Source of the DNA: Eledone cirrhosa
Taxonomy: Eukaryota
DNA length: 64,000 nt
Reading direction: 5' to 3'
NCBI GenBank assembly: GCA_964016885.1
Contig: OZ024745.1
Location: forward strand, 52,452,001 to 52,516,000
Of this stretch, positions 44,785 through 59,389 are shown piece after piece (within the stretch, counting starts at the first letter, position 1; every line of letters starts with the position of its first letter). Below the pieces are notes generated by a model that was given only the letters and a program-made list of their open reading frames with translations, made no database searches and had not been told where the DNA came from. The translations under genes were made by a program, and so were the position numbers.

Positions 44785-45391
44785 AGAAATTAGAAATTAT
44801 AAGCTTTCACCGTATTTTAGACTAAAGAAATTTCTAGCCTGATAGTGGGGTTTATAATCCTCGGAGAAATGGAAAAAGATGAATGTTACCGTACATGGGA
44901 GTCGAACCCACATATTTGGTTATCCAGACCACTGTGCTACCATTACACCAATATTTCTCCAAGGGTTATAAACCCCACTATCAGACTACAAATTTCTTTA
45001 GTCCAAAATACGGTGAAAGCTTATAATTTCTAATTTCTAATTTCAAACTCGCGCACCGTTTCAAAAACATACTTACATGTTTACGTTTATAATTTGCTTG
45101 TTTATCATTCACTTGCTAAGTACATAGCTTCTAATTCGAATGGAAGGAGACGGGATGTGTATTGGTGTAATGGTAGCACAGTGGTCAGGATAACCAAGGA
45201 TGTGGGTTCGACTCCCATGTACGGCAACACTCATCTTTTTCTATTTCTCCGAGTGTTATAAACCCCAGTATCAGGCTAGAAATTTCTTTAGTCTAAAATA
45301 CTGTGAAAGCTCATAATTTCTGATTTCTAATTTCAAACTCGCGCACTGTTTCAAAAACATACTTACATGGTTACGTTTATAATTTGCTTGT
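44783..45391. mobile_element. Inverted plus tandem about 290-bp unit carrying a tRNA-like sequence
   Basis: Minus arm 44783-44953; plus direct repeats 44953-45101 and 45243-45391; (AT)n flanks. Confidence 0.75.
45156..45226 (+). other. tRNA-like cloverleaf (inverted copy 44887-44953), probably not a functional tRNA
   Basis: A-box TGGTGTAATGG, D stem GTG/CAC, TGGT/ACCA anticodon stem with 7-nt loop, T arm GTGGG-TTCGACT-CCCAT, TTTTT at 45236-45240; acceptor stem poor. Confidence 0.75.
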
Positions 45392-45417
45392 ATATATATA
45401 TATGTGTATATATATAT

Positions 45418-45783
45418 ATAGAAGGATTTTAATGGATACAGTTTAGTTAAAAGGAATTTATTGACACGTGTTTCTATAACAGTTACATAACCTGAAAACA
45501 GCTGCTATCTACAAAGTATTAGTTATGCAGACATTCAATATTTCAATGTTATTATCAACTGTCATTTCATCGGAATAATTTTACTGAGGACCTGTTTGTT
45601 TTTATAGAGAATATTAGGAGGGAGGGGTGAAGTTGTTAGAAGAATAGTTGAGGGAGTGGTTTTTTGATAGCAGTGAGAATTTTTGGTGGCAGTGAGTAAT
45701 TAGATTGCCATCTGTTGTTTTGAGCAATATAATATTTATATTACAACAATATAATATTTATATTACAACACTACAGAAAATAC

Positions 45784-45787
<4 letters not shown>
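45418..45787. mobile_element. Family B pLTR: minus arm joined to a short plus 3' terminus
   Basis: 45418-45723 matches 16612-16913 (core here CCGATGA); 45728-45787 matches 17427-17459 with a 22-bp duplication. Confidence 0.8.
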
Positions 45788-45830
<43 letters not shown>

Positions 45831-46839
45831 TTCTGTGTGTGTGTGTATATATATATGTGTACACGTACATATGTATATGTTTATTTTATATTTTTCCTTA
45901 CTCATCTTGTCTATTCCGTGCCTCCCTTTTCTGCTTAATCTCTATTAGTGTAAAACAGGTGCCTTTATGTCTGAGGAGATAGCGGTAAGAACATCCTTAC
46001 TGCAAGATGCACCGACCTCACCTCGCACTGTGACCTCTTTCTGATGAGGTTCAGTATTTTCCGTAATACTAGCGATTGAGCAAAATATTAATACGCAATC
46101 AACACTTGAAGCCAGATATTGTACTGTAACGTGTTAAAGAACGGGCTCTAATTAAAATGTTCTCCACTAACCTCTACTTCATGCATAATCGTTTGTGTTT
46201 GCTAGTACTATACCTTTAAATGTATATATATATATATATATGTAGATAAATCTACCAAGAGTTTACGGTAGTGTCCAATCCGTATGAAAAACTCAATGTA
46301 ATCCGGATATCATGGAAAGAAGGGATGCAATGAAAAATCACTTTCGGTGAAAGATAAACGGAAAACGGAGTCAAGATAAAATATTAAAAAAATAATGAAT
46401 AAAACAATGAAACAGTTCCTTATATTAAACAAAAAAAGTTCATTATTTAACGATCGTTTCTAGGATATATATGTGTTAGAATTGGCATGCATATTCAACA
46501 GATCTATGTACAAAATTATACAAAATTATACAAACTATCAAACTTAAATATACATACCAAACACATATATATGCCGTCTTCAGAAATAATGAAATATATT
46601 TATTGATAATAACAACAATTCAAAATTACAGGTCTGTTTGGGAACAGAGTTCAAATTGACCAATGAAAATACAAAAAGTTTATACAGTTAGGTGTGTGTA
46701 TATATATGCACATAAGTAACTTCGTTCACAGATATGCATAAAGATATATGTTCACATGCATACGCTTGCTAAAAAGATGTATGTAAATACAAAAATTCAA
46801 GGCTAATGTCTCTGTATGTTTATAATCTACAGATAAAAT

Positions 46840-48860
<2,021 letters not shown>

Positions 48861-49483
48861 ACGCTTACAAATACAAATAATAATAGTAGGAGGGGGGGAG
48901 GGGGGATTATAGTAAATATAGGTTTCAAGAAACATAGAATATTAATCTGCATTTAGATCATAATATGTGTTTACATATTGTTATACTTTGGGAGGGTCAT
49001 GTTGCCAATAAGAAACACACGCACCAGTTGCTTTCACTTCAATTTAATTTATTATATATTTATAAATTTACAAATTTATAAATTTCTGGTTGGTTGGTTG
49101 GTTCCACAACCAGATAGTTGTTTATATATATATAGTCATAGTTCTTTCGTCACACACTCTGTGACCTCTTCAGTGACTGGGGATTTCTTTCTTCGTTTCT
49201 GTGCCTTTCTTTTCTTCTATCCTACGCCATTTTGTTTGTGTGTGGGTTGCGTGCTCAGTTTGCGCATGCGCCACATCCGGGTGTCTGTGTGTGTTTGTGT
49301 TCATTTTTCTATTTTTCTATTTATATTTTTCTATTTGTTTGTTTATTTATTTATTTATTGTTGGTTGGTTGTTTGTTCTATGTGTGTGTGTGTTTTCATT
49401 TTGTCTTGTGTGTGTTTTCATTTTGTGTGTGTTTTCAATTGTAAGTTGTTTGTTCTATGTGTGTGTGTGTTTTCATTTTGTCC

Positions 49484-50267
49484 TTAATTGTAAGTTGTGA
49501 TGTTGCTGTTCCACTCATATTTTCTATTTAATTTTGGTTTTAATTCTTTTATGCTTACTGCCTCTGTAATTTGCCTAAACATTGCGTCTTTCTTGTGTGT
49601 GGATTCTATTTTTATTTCTATGCTCTCTAATTTACCCCTGTGTTCTATCTTAGCATGTTGGTAGAGCACAGATGATTCTTTATTATCTTGGAGGTCTCGC
49701 CAGTGTTCATTTATTCGTTCCCCTATACTACGAGCTGTCTCACCTATGTACACTATATTTTTGTTTCTACATTGTCCTTCAGTACATCTTATGCTATATA
49801 CTACATTTCTAGTTTTACAGTTAATATGGGGGCTTATTTTACAGGTTATACATTTCTTATCTATACATGAGGGTCTTTGGAACGGGTATGTCTTGCTAAT
49901 AAGTGTTTTTACGGAGGTACCAGGTCTTTCTACTATCTTAATATTGAGATTATGTTTCTTTAGGGCCCTTCTAAATTTGTAGGCTAGTTCGCCTCTAGGG
50001 GTTGTATTGATGAACATTACACTCTGGTATTTATTGCTATCATACCATGAGTTTATTCTATTGGCCTTGTTCTTAGTTCTTTCTATTCTATTCCAAAATT
50101 TGCTCCTATACAAGGCGCAGGTCCCATTTATGTCATTATCTACCATTTTTTCCCATTTGGTTCTGGCTCCTTTATATACTCTGATTCTATCTCTCTGATT
50201 GTAGCCAGAGAACTGCATACGGTGGATGAAGTGTTGTATGTGTCTCTCTAGTTCTTCGGGGTTGCAC
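49484..50267 (-). pseudogene. PLE post-RT region and GIY-YIG endonuclease, 5'-truncated
   Basis: SGY, LYRSKFW, C-x4-C-x2-C linker, NVVYSIRC, YIGETARSIGERINEH, RQITEAV, LNRK.EW. Confidence 0.9.
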
Positions 50268-51058
50268 CTGGCTACAATCAGAGAGATAGAATCAGAGTGT
50301 ATAAAGGAGCCAGAAGCAAATGGGAAAAAATGGTAAATAATGACATAAATGGGACCTGCCCCTTGTATAGGAGCAAATTTTGGAATAGAATAGAAAGAAC
50401 TAAGAACATGGCCAATAGAATAAACTCATGGTATGATAGCAATAAATACCAGAGTGTAATGTTCATCAATACAACCCCTAGAGGCGAACTAGCCTACAAA
50501 TTTAGAAGGGCCCTAAAGAAACATAATCTCAATATTAAGATAGTAGAAAGACCTGGTACCTCCGTAAAAACACTTATTAGCAAGACATACCCGTTCCAAA
50601 GACCCTCATGTATAGATAAGAAATGTATAACCTGTAAAATAAGCCCCCATATTAACTGTAAAACTAGAAATGTAGTATATAGCATAAGATGTATTGAAGG
50701 ACAATGTAGAAACAAAAATATAGTGTACATAGGTGAGACAGCTCGTAGTATAGGGGAACGAATAAATGAACACTGGCGAGACCTCCAAGATAATAAAAAA
50801 TCATCTGTGCTCTACCAACATGCTAAGATAGAACACAGGGGTAAATTAGAGAGCATAGAAATAAAAATAGAATCCACACACAAGAAAGACGCAATGTTTA
50901 GGCAAATTACAGAGGCAGTAAGCATAAAAGAATTAAAACCAAAATTAAATAGAAAATATGAGTGGAACAGCAACATCACAACTTACAATAAAGGACAAAA
51001 TGAAAACACACACACACATAGAACAAACAATTTACAATTGAAAACACACACAAAATGA
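50268..51058 (+). pseudogene. Second copy of PLE GIY-YIG region
   Basis: Near-identical to the minus copy; stop codon differs. Confidence 0.9.
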
Positions 51059-51298
51059 AAACACACACAAGACAAAATGAAAAAAACACACACACATAGA
51101 ACAAACAACCAACCAACAATAAATAAATAAATAAACAAACAAATAGAAAAATATAAATAGAAAAATAGAAAAATGAACACAAACACACACAGACACCCGG
51201 ATGTGGCGCATGCGCAAACTGAGCACGCAACCCACACACAAACAAAATGGCGTAAGATAGAAGAAAAGAAAGGCACAGAAACGAAGAAAGAAATCCCC

Positions 51299-51343
51299 AG
51301 TCACTGAAGAGGTCACAAAGTGTGTGACGAAAGAACTATGACT
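51299..51343 (+). ncRNA. Minimal type I hammerhead (inverted copy 49134-49178)
   Basis: AGTCA-CTGAAGA-gGTCACA..TGTGAC-GAAA-GAA-CTA-TGACT. Confidence 0.85.
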
Positions 51344-52021
51344 ATATATATATAAACAACTATCTGGTTGTGGAACCAACCAACCAACCAGAAATTTATA
51401 AATTTGTAAATTTATAAATATATAATAAATTAAATTGAAGTGAAAGCAACTGATGCGTGTGTTTCTTATTGGCAACATGACCCTCCCAAAGTATAACAAT
51501 ATCGGTTTCAACACACGATTTCAGATAAAGAATCTTGCTAAACAAATTCAGAAACGAAATGTGTTTACATAGTTTCAGTATTAGGAAATGTAAGAAAGAA
51601 GGCAAAATTATGCATTTCAATATAATTATACCATTAACCATAGGTTAACTAAATTAAGGATAGTTAATATATTGATTTCTAAGGTGTATACTACTTAGGT
51701 TTATAATGTTTGAAGCGGAATTTTGAAGTTAAATAGTAGTAGAGTATTAATAATAGTATAACTAAATTAAAATTATTAACGTTATGGTATCAATATTAGG
51801 AAATGAAATTTAGTAATAGGGAAAAAACAAATAAAGTATTTTGGCAAGCGTATGCATGTGAACATATATCTTTATGCATATCTGTGAACGAAGTTACTTA
51901 TGTGCATATATATACACACACCTAACTGTATAAACTTTTTGTATTTTCATTGGTCAATTTGAACTCTGTTCCCAAACAGACCTGTAATTTTGAATTGTTG
52001 TTATTATCAATAAATATATTC

Positions 52022-52172
52022 CATTATTTCTGAAGACGGCATATATATGTGTTTGGTATGTATATTTAATTTTGATAGTTTGTATAATTTTGTATAATTT
52101 TGTACATAGATCTGTTGAATATGCATGCCAATTCTAACACATATATATCCTAGAAACGATCGTTAAATAATG
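52022..52172 (+). ncRNA. Type I hammerhead with about 115-nt stem II region
   Basis: CATTATTT-CTGAAGA-..ATATATATGTGTT...AACACATATATAT..-GAAAC-GATC-GTT-AAATAATG (8-bp stem I, 13-bp stem II helix). Confidence 0.75.
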
Positions 52173-52385
52173 AACTTTTTTTGTTTAATATAAGGAACTG
52201 TTTCATTGTTTTATTCATTATTTTTTTAATATTTTATATGTATATATATATATATCCAACATTAATTTAATTTAATTTAATTAAGTTAGTTATGTCCGAG
52301 ACATGCGCCATATCTACCGTTTAATAAGCTCAGAGATTCCAATGAATAGATCCAAGCATTTTATATCAACTAGAAATTGAGAATA

Positions 52386-52644
52386 ATTTGTAAAGTGTGT
52401 AATCACACATAGCTAGGTAGGTAACTAATTAAAGTTTAACTAGAGCTTCAAATATTACCTTTTTAAAAAATGATTAATCCAAGATTTGACTACTGTGACT
52501 TTACGGATTAATGGTGAAATATATTTCTTTAATGAAATATATACAAGGAAGATTAATCATTTGTTTAAAAGGTAATATTTGAAGCTCTAGTTAAACTTTA
52601 ATTAGTTACCTACCTAGCTATGTGTGATTACACACTTTACAAAT
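52386..52644. repeat. Inverted repeat, about 93-bp arms, about 70-bp spacer
   Basis: 52386-52479 reverse-complements 52551-52644. Confidence 0.88.
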
Positions 52645-52876
52645 CATCCCTTATGATTGTTTCATGTGTTTATTTTACATATATACATATGTCAATCAAT
52701 TATATATATATAAACAATTATATATATATAAACACACACACACGCACGTAGACACACACACACAAACACAGACATACACACACTCTCACATACACGCACA
52801 CACACACACGCACACATACACATGCATATATATATATATATATATATAAATGTAATCTGCGTTTTTCGAATATTAA

Positions 52877-52977
52877 TAATTGTTTCTACTTTTGGCAAAA
52901 TTGCACCAATTACCCAGTACATTACTGATACTTTATTCTATCGACCCCGTAAGGATGAAAGGCAAAGTTAACCTCGA
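52877..52977 (-). mobile_element. Nin-core SINE 3' fragment
   Basis: TATCGACCCCGTAAGGATGAAAGGCAAAGTTAACCTCG. Confidence 0.8.
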
Positions 52978-53380
52978 ATATTAATAATAACATTCGATTC
53001 GTTTGCAATGATGCAAACAAGCCTCAATTTTAATGCCATGTCAGTAGAATGAACCCTTCATTCTTGCTCTTGTGTTGGCATGTGAACAGAACTGCAGACA
53101 TTAATTTTCTGGGAATCACCCTTCATCAGTACAGCTCATTGTTCACCTGTCAAACTGTCAGAGCTAGAGAAAATATATACTACTTTCAAAAATACACAGT
53201 GAGTGATCGGACTGATTTGCATATTAGCAGACTGGCTGATATGCAAATCTGGCTGTTCAGTAGATCTGGTACTATAAAATTGAGGCTTGTTTGCTAATTG
53301 CAAACGAATCGAATGTTATTATTAATATTCGAGTAACTCAGATTACATTTATTGTATTCAGCCATGTAGAGCGAAATTTT

Positions 53381-53411
<31 letters not shown>

Positions 53412-53589
53412 GCTGTACGGTGAGGATGTTTATATGCGAAATTACGAAATCCAGTTGTCCAGAAGTTCAATCATTAATCAATTTAAATCTAACACGCTTA
53501 GTAACCTCCAACATTTCTTGTTGAATGTTCGAACCTTAATAATAAGTAAATAAGATAAACTCAGCCATCTACCAAATTATGTAAACAAA

Positions 53590-54360
53590 AATACCTATAT
53601 TATTTCTTTCCTTTCTATAAAACTATATAGCAATATTGCACATGCCTACGGAATCAAGACTGTTTATTCCTCCCTAGACGCAATTCCCTTATGAACTACT
53701 AGACCATATTGTTAAAAGATGGATTATAGATCGTATTGAGTTTATATTAGAAAACAAGCGTTTTATGTTCAATGAGACAGCCTATCATCAAGAGCTAGAA
53801 ACTACCATTGGATCAAACGTTGTAACAACATATGCCAATCTATTCATAGGATAGCATGAAGGTCAAATCTACCAACAATCCTTACATATTGATGGATATT
53901 AACCCAGCTGTTATATAAAAGATGGAGTTTGTGTCATCTGTTATATAAAATATGCGGATGGAGTCAGCTGTTATATAAAATATGGGGATGAATTCATCGG
54001 TTATATAAAACGTGGGATTTATGTCAGCTGTTATATGAAAGATGGGGAAGGATGCAGTTGTTGTTTAATAGAAAACTCGAAACAACTGTTTATGTTGTGG
54101 AGGCAAACACTTAATAAATTAAAAATCTATCAAATCATCATTAATAATATAAATCCTGGCCTCCAATTCAGGACGTACTTCGATAACGAAACCTTCTCCT
54201 TTTAGATATGCTAATAACAATTCATAAATCTAAAGACTGATAAACATTTCAAACCCATGACGCCCGGAGATATTTCTTATTTACAAAACACCCAGTGAAT
54301 TATTCCTTTCAATTGAGGTAAGCGACACAATATTCTCTAACCGGCCTAAAAGACATCAAT
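53590..54360 (+). mobile_element. Decayed PLE RT remnant interrupted by a minisatellite
   Basis: LYSNIAHAYGI, FILENKRFMFN..YHQ...TTIGSNVVTTYANLFIG*HE, later INPGLQF, LDMLIT, IPFN. Confidence 0.7.
53905..54065. repeat. About 30-bp minisatellite, 5-6 units
   Basis: Recurrent CAGCTGTTATATAAAA.ATGGGGA. Confidence 0.85.
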
Positions 54361-54448
54361 ATTCAGTATTCAGTATTCAAAAACAAGAGAAATCAACACC
54401 GAGGATGAAATAACTAATTATATAATGACGAGTATTTTGGAAAATCTA

Positions 54449-54524
54449 CCTAGATTTAAAATATACACAAATATAATTTATTTTACATTAAATAATTTAT
54501 TTTCGTAGTGCATTCTAAATTTCC

Positions 54525-54562
<38 letters not shown>

Positions 54563-54786
54563 CACTATGGGCTTATCTTCAATTGTGTAGTATTATTTTC
54601 CCTATAAAATTCATAGGATAGCATGAAGGTCAAATCTACCAACAATCCTTACAAATTGATGGATATTTGAGTTCAAATCCTGCCGAGGTTAACTTTGCCT
54701 TTCATCCTTACCTAGATTTAAAATATACACAAATATAATTTATTTTACATTAAATAATTTATTTTCGTAGTGCATTCTAAATTTCC

Positions 54787-54846
<60 letters not shown>

Positions 54847-55068
54847 CACTATCGGCTTATCTTCAAATGTGTAGTATTATTTTCCCTCTAAAATTCATAG
54901 AATAGCATGAAGGTCAAATCTACCAACAATCCTTACATATTGATCGATATTTGAGTTCAAATCCTGCCGAGGTTAACTTTGCCTTTCATCCTTACGGGGG
55001 TCGATAAAATAAAGTACCAGTAATACACTGGGTAATTGCTGGCCTTGTGCCAAAAGTAGAAACAATTA
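54449..55068 (+). repeat. Tandem duplication joining (AT)n, a PLE RT piece and a Nin-core SINE
   Basis: 54449-54709 repeats at 54710-54993; SINE body continues to 55068. Confidence 0.8.
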
Positions 55069-55178
55069 TTTTCCCTATAAAAGTTATTCGTATAGAGTTC
55101 CTTATTCCTTATTTTCTATTGTTCAACCCCTCTCAACCAACAAAGACACACACATACACCCACACACACACACACCTC

Positions 55179-55256
<78 letters not shown>

Positions 55257-55257
55257 T

Positions 55258-55337
<80 letters not shown>

Positions 55338-55347
55338 TGTGTGTAGT

Positions 55348-55810
55348 AAGGTGTTCGCTCTAACATAGCTGCATGAATATAAGTATGAGTAATTTGTATA
55401 TGTATGAATAACGATTTTGAAAGCCTTCAGCTATGCATTTTGATAACTGAAGACATAACGCCTACTAGCGGATTCAAGCTGAAGCAAGGGTGGGTAACTG
55501 TCGACGTTTCTGCCCCTGATCGTTATCAAAACAGTGCTACCTTATTCTGCTCTCTGCTGGAACCCAATATAGTCATAAACACCTATGTTCAGCTGATACA
55601 GCTCATTTAAATATAGAGCTCTCGGTCGGCTTGGATGGGAAATAGACTTAAGGTATTCGCTCTAACATAGATGTATTCTTATAAGTATGAGTAGTTTGTA
55701 TATCTAGCGATATACGGTATGCTTCTGAATTAACATTTTGAAAGCGTTCAGCTATGAATTTTGGAAACAGATGACATAGGGCTATATAGCGGATTCTATC
55801 AAAAGCAAGG
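55348..55810. repeat. Diverged direct duplication, about 300-bp period
   Basis: AAGGT.TTCGCTCTAACATAG, TATAAGTATGAGTA, TTTTGAAAGC.TTCAGCTATG, TAGCGGATTC in both. Confidence 0.75.
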
Positions 55811-56926
55811 ATTATATATATATACGTATTTCTCAGTAATGATTTAATATATGAAATTTGATGTAACATTTCAATTTTTTAATTGATGATACATGAGGCA
55901 ATGTTAGTTGTGATCAAGTGAAATATGTTGATTATATTACAGTTCAAGAGGAACCTACTCCCTTACTTCGGGTAAATGAATGGTTTCTTTCGTCTAAAGA
56001 TAAAACATATAATTTTAAGGTATGCACGAATCGAAAGCTGTTGTGATTATACATTAATATCAGCCTTAGCATAGTAAAAGAAAATATCTCTTCTGATATG
56101 AATAGAAAATGTGTCATGAAATTGAATTATCCGATACATGCCAATTATTCTACGGCACGCAAAGACAATTGTAACATATATAATCATACTGGAAGATAAA
56201 AATTGATATAAACAAAACCAGATATTATCTGACAATTGAAGTAATGCAATTGTCTTCCAAAGCAATAAAATAATCTGATAAGTCTTTATATATTATATTT
56301 TATCAGATACTGATCGAAAACATGGAAAAGGAAGAAATTATCAAACTCCTAAAGTTAACCAGACGAAGCAAATTAAAAATGAAGTAAAAGGGGAAAAATA
56401 AATTCGAAATAAAAAAGTACATAATGGTTAAGAACGTGTGACTTTTAATTTAACATTACTTTAAACTTTAAATTTTTTTTTGAAATATTAAAAAATGCAA
56501 ATTTACAGAAGAATATGGAAAAAAAAGTATTGATAGTTTTATCCAATTCGCTAAATGCTATTCTTACCCATGCGCTAGTTTATTTTGTATAATTTAATTT
56601 CTTATTTCTCATTATTTTTATTCTTCGTTTTCCACTTCTTAAATCATTAATATTGAATATTTTGGCTATGAAACAAGACGGAAACGAACACACGCCAGAA
56701 AAAAAAAAATAGAAAAAGAAAATGCCCAGTGAATTATAAACCAAACGTAAAAATTAAAGAAGTACATTAATTGAAATTGCCTATTAAATTCATTATACAC
56801 AGACACAAAAACATGCTCATACACAAACGCACATGTGTATGAATACAACTCGATTGAGTTGACCATAACCATATACATTATCAACCTTTATTGTGAGTTC
56901 ATGAATTATTTAAAAGCTTAGTGTAA

Positions 56927-57015
<89 letters not shown>

Positions 57016-57017
57016 CG

Positions 57018-57069
<52 letters not shown>

Positions 57070-57089
57070 CACTACTAATACCACCACCG

Positions 57090-57136
<47 letters not shown>

Positions 57137-57143
57137 GCTGCTA
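56927..57143. repeat. (ACT)n microsatellite
   Basis: Directly visible. Confidence 0.95.
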
Positions 57144-59163
57144 CTTGCTTGCTATACTGATGTCGACGATCTGGTGGTGCAATTAATTCTTATATTTAAA
57201 TATATTAGTATTAGCAATCAGAGCTCTCTACTTGATCATGTATTTTTCCTCAATCTATTTTCTCGTTAGATTTGTATAGCGACCACCATTGTGCCTAAAC
57301 GTCAACAACTAAATGTTATGTCCAATAGCTGAATTGCTACTCCAGTCATAATTTCGCATTTAGACATAATGGATAGAGAAGATCTCAGCAGTGCTACGTT
57401 TGTTTGGCTTAGTCATTTATCAACATATTCGCCAATCAATATTTTATTGTATTTCATGATTAATTTATAATTGGGTTAGGTTATAATATTAAAATTGCTA
57501 ATGCGTTGAAAACCTTGAGTGGCTAGGTCAGAATCTCCCAGGTTTATGAATATGTTCTGTTGAGCTTTATACAAAGGAAAGGAAAATGTGATTTCAGATA
57601 AGGAAACGTCCAAGAAAAGAGAATATAAATGTAACTAATTTAAAATCGTGTATCAATGACTAGACGACGTGCATGAGTGTATATTCTATGCATTGAATCT
57701 ATGATGATAATATGTAAATAGTGTTGAAGAAGAGGACTGTCCAGCGTTAAATAAACGATGACTGACAGCAGGAGCATAAGCGATGTGACCTGAGGTGTGA
57801 AGGTGACTATCATTGTGTACTGATTTGCAAAACATAAGGATGAGAGTGAAAATGAAAAATTACAATTTAGTATAAACACTTAGCTATGTATTGTTATTAA
57901 AATTCGAAATATTGATAAATAACAGGATAAACGTAAAGTCACTAATAGAAGTGCACTGTTATCAGTCATAGAAAAAACCCTGAAATAATGAAAATTGCGT
58001 ATTTTATCGCTGTATTTTATTTTACTTAAACTTTGAAAGTAAAATAGGATAAAAGAAAACCGAAATCTACGTATATTCCATTTACACGCTGCTATATAAT
58101 TCCTTGCTACAGGAAAATATATGTACCAACTATGGATATAGAAAATATCACCATGGTTTTTCCGTCATGATCCTTTATTCAAGTAAATTGTTTTCAATAA
58201 ACAGCTACAACAAAATAGGAAACATATATATATATATGTATTTGTTGTTTTTTTGCATAATTTGGAAATATATTAAACGGTATATATTATAAATATAGAC
58301 AATGACAGAGTGAGTGGATTGTAACGGCTAGCATGCCTTTTAATATTAAGTCTAATATTTATTGAGACCAACTTCTTTCGTAAGGGTGAATTATTCAATT
58401 TTACATTTTAATTCTGGTATATTACATAGCTTAAGAAAGATTGGATATAACCAATGTACAAGTATACATTGAAAATATTGTTATAATTTATAAGTATACT
58501 TTCATCATTTTTATTTAAATTCTGTGACTATTACTTTACTGTTCATTCGACCTATAAAGATGTGTAAATCATCTGTCACTGCTGACGCCTCTTCTGTCTG
58601 AAACTTTACACATTGTGGTGAGATTTAATTTTCAGTGGTTGGGTGCCAGAAGGTGTTTCGATGCATTTAACATCTACAAACTGTTGGTGTCAGCAGTTTA
58701 CCTGAGATCAGGGTTGAGTACGACGCGTGAAGTAAGTTTGAAATGTATCAATGCTTTCATATGATTTGTTTTTCTCTATACCTGAAATGCCATTGTTTAC
58801 GTCAACTGTAGACTATAATTTCTAAATAGTTGCTTTTATCTTGTCTGATGATAAGCGCCTCAACATCAACACACTTATTGTCACACATCTATATCCTGAG
58901 TGACTTGGACGTCACTGAAACTCTCATTTTAGCTAGAATGAATTCCTCCACAGTAATGGTAGAGCACGCTGTGGTAGGGCTACACTGTGTGCATATATAG
59001 TTCTTTTCACGTGTTTATGCGTCCGTGTGTGCTTCTATCTATTAATATGTGTACGCGTGTGTGCTTGCCTGTGCCTTTGCTTTTAATTGGGGCGTAAATA
59101 TATATATATATATATATATAAATATGTGTTCGTGTGTGTGTGGATGTGTGTGTGTGTGCGTGC

Positions 59164-59208
<45 letters not shown>

Positions 59209-59334
59209 CAGGTATCATAGGATTCCAGTTACTCAGAGAAAAAACAACACAACGAAGACCTGGACATATCGATGGATTGACGGAGTAAAACACACTTCAA
59301 CAACGAGTGTACCTGTCTTCCCACACCAATTCGG

Positions 59335-59389
59335 ACTGCCTGAAGAGGTCACAGCCAATGATGGCTGTCACCGAAATATATATAGCAGT
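59335..59389 (+). ncRNA. Minimal type I hammerhead within a pLTR remnant (about 59210-59445)
   Basis: ACTGC-CTGAAGA-GGTcACAGCCA atga TGGCTGTcACC-GAAA-TATAT-ATA-GCAGT. Confidence 0.85.

Larger units (their letters stand above)
48976..51501. mobile_element. Head-to-head inverted pair of 5'-truncated PLE 3' halves
   Basis: 48976-50208 reverse-complements 50268-51501 with few mismatches; each arm encodes GIY-YIG and carries an HHR. Confidence 0.92.

Noticed and set aside
45156-45226. Functional tRNA gene
   Set aside because: Poor acceptor stem, anticodon loop differs between the two copies and it is embedded in a repeat.
45970-46095. CTGAGGA and CTGATGA motifs with adjacent hairpins
   Set aside because: No properly placed GAAA or stem I.
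53905-54065. CRISPR-like array
   Set aside because: Degenerate tandem minisatellite without unique spacers, in eukaryotic context.
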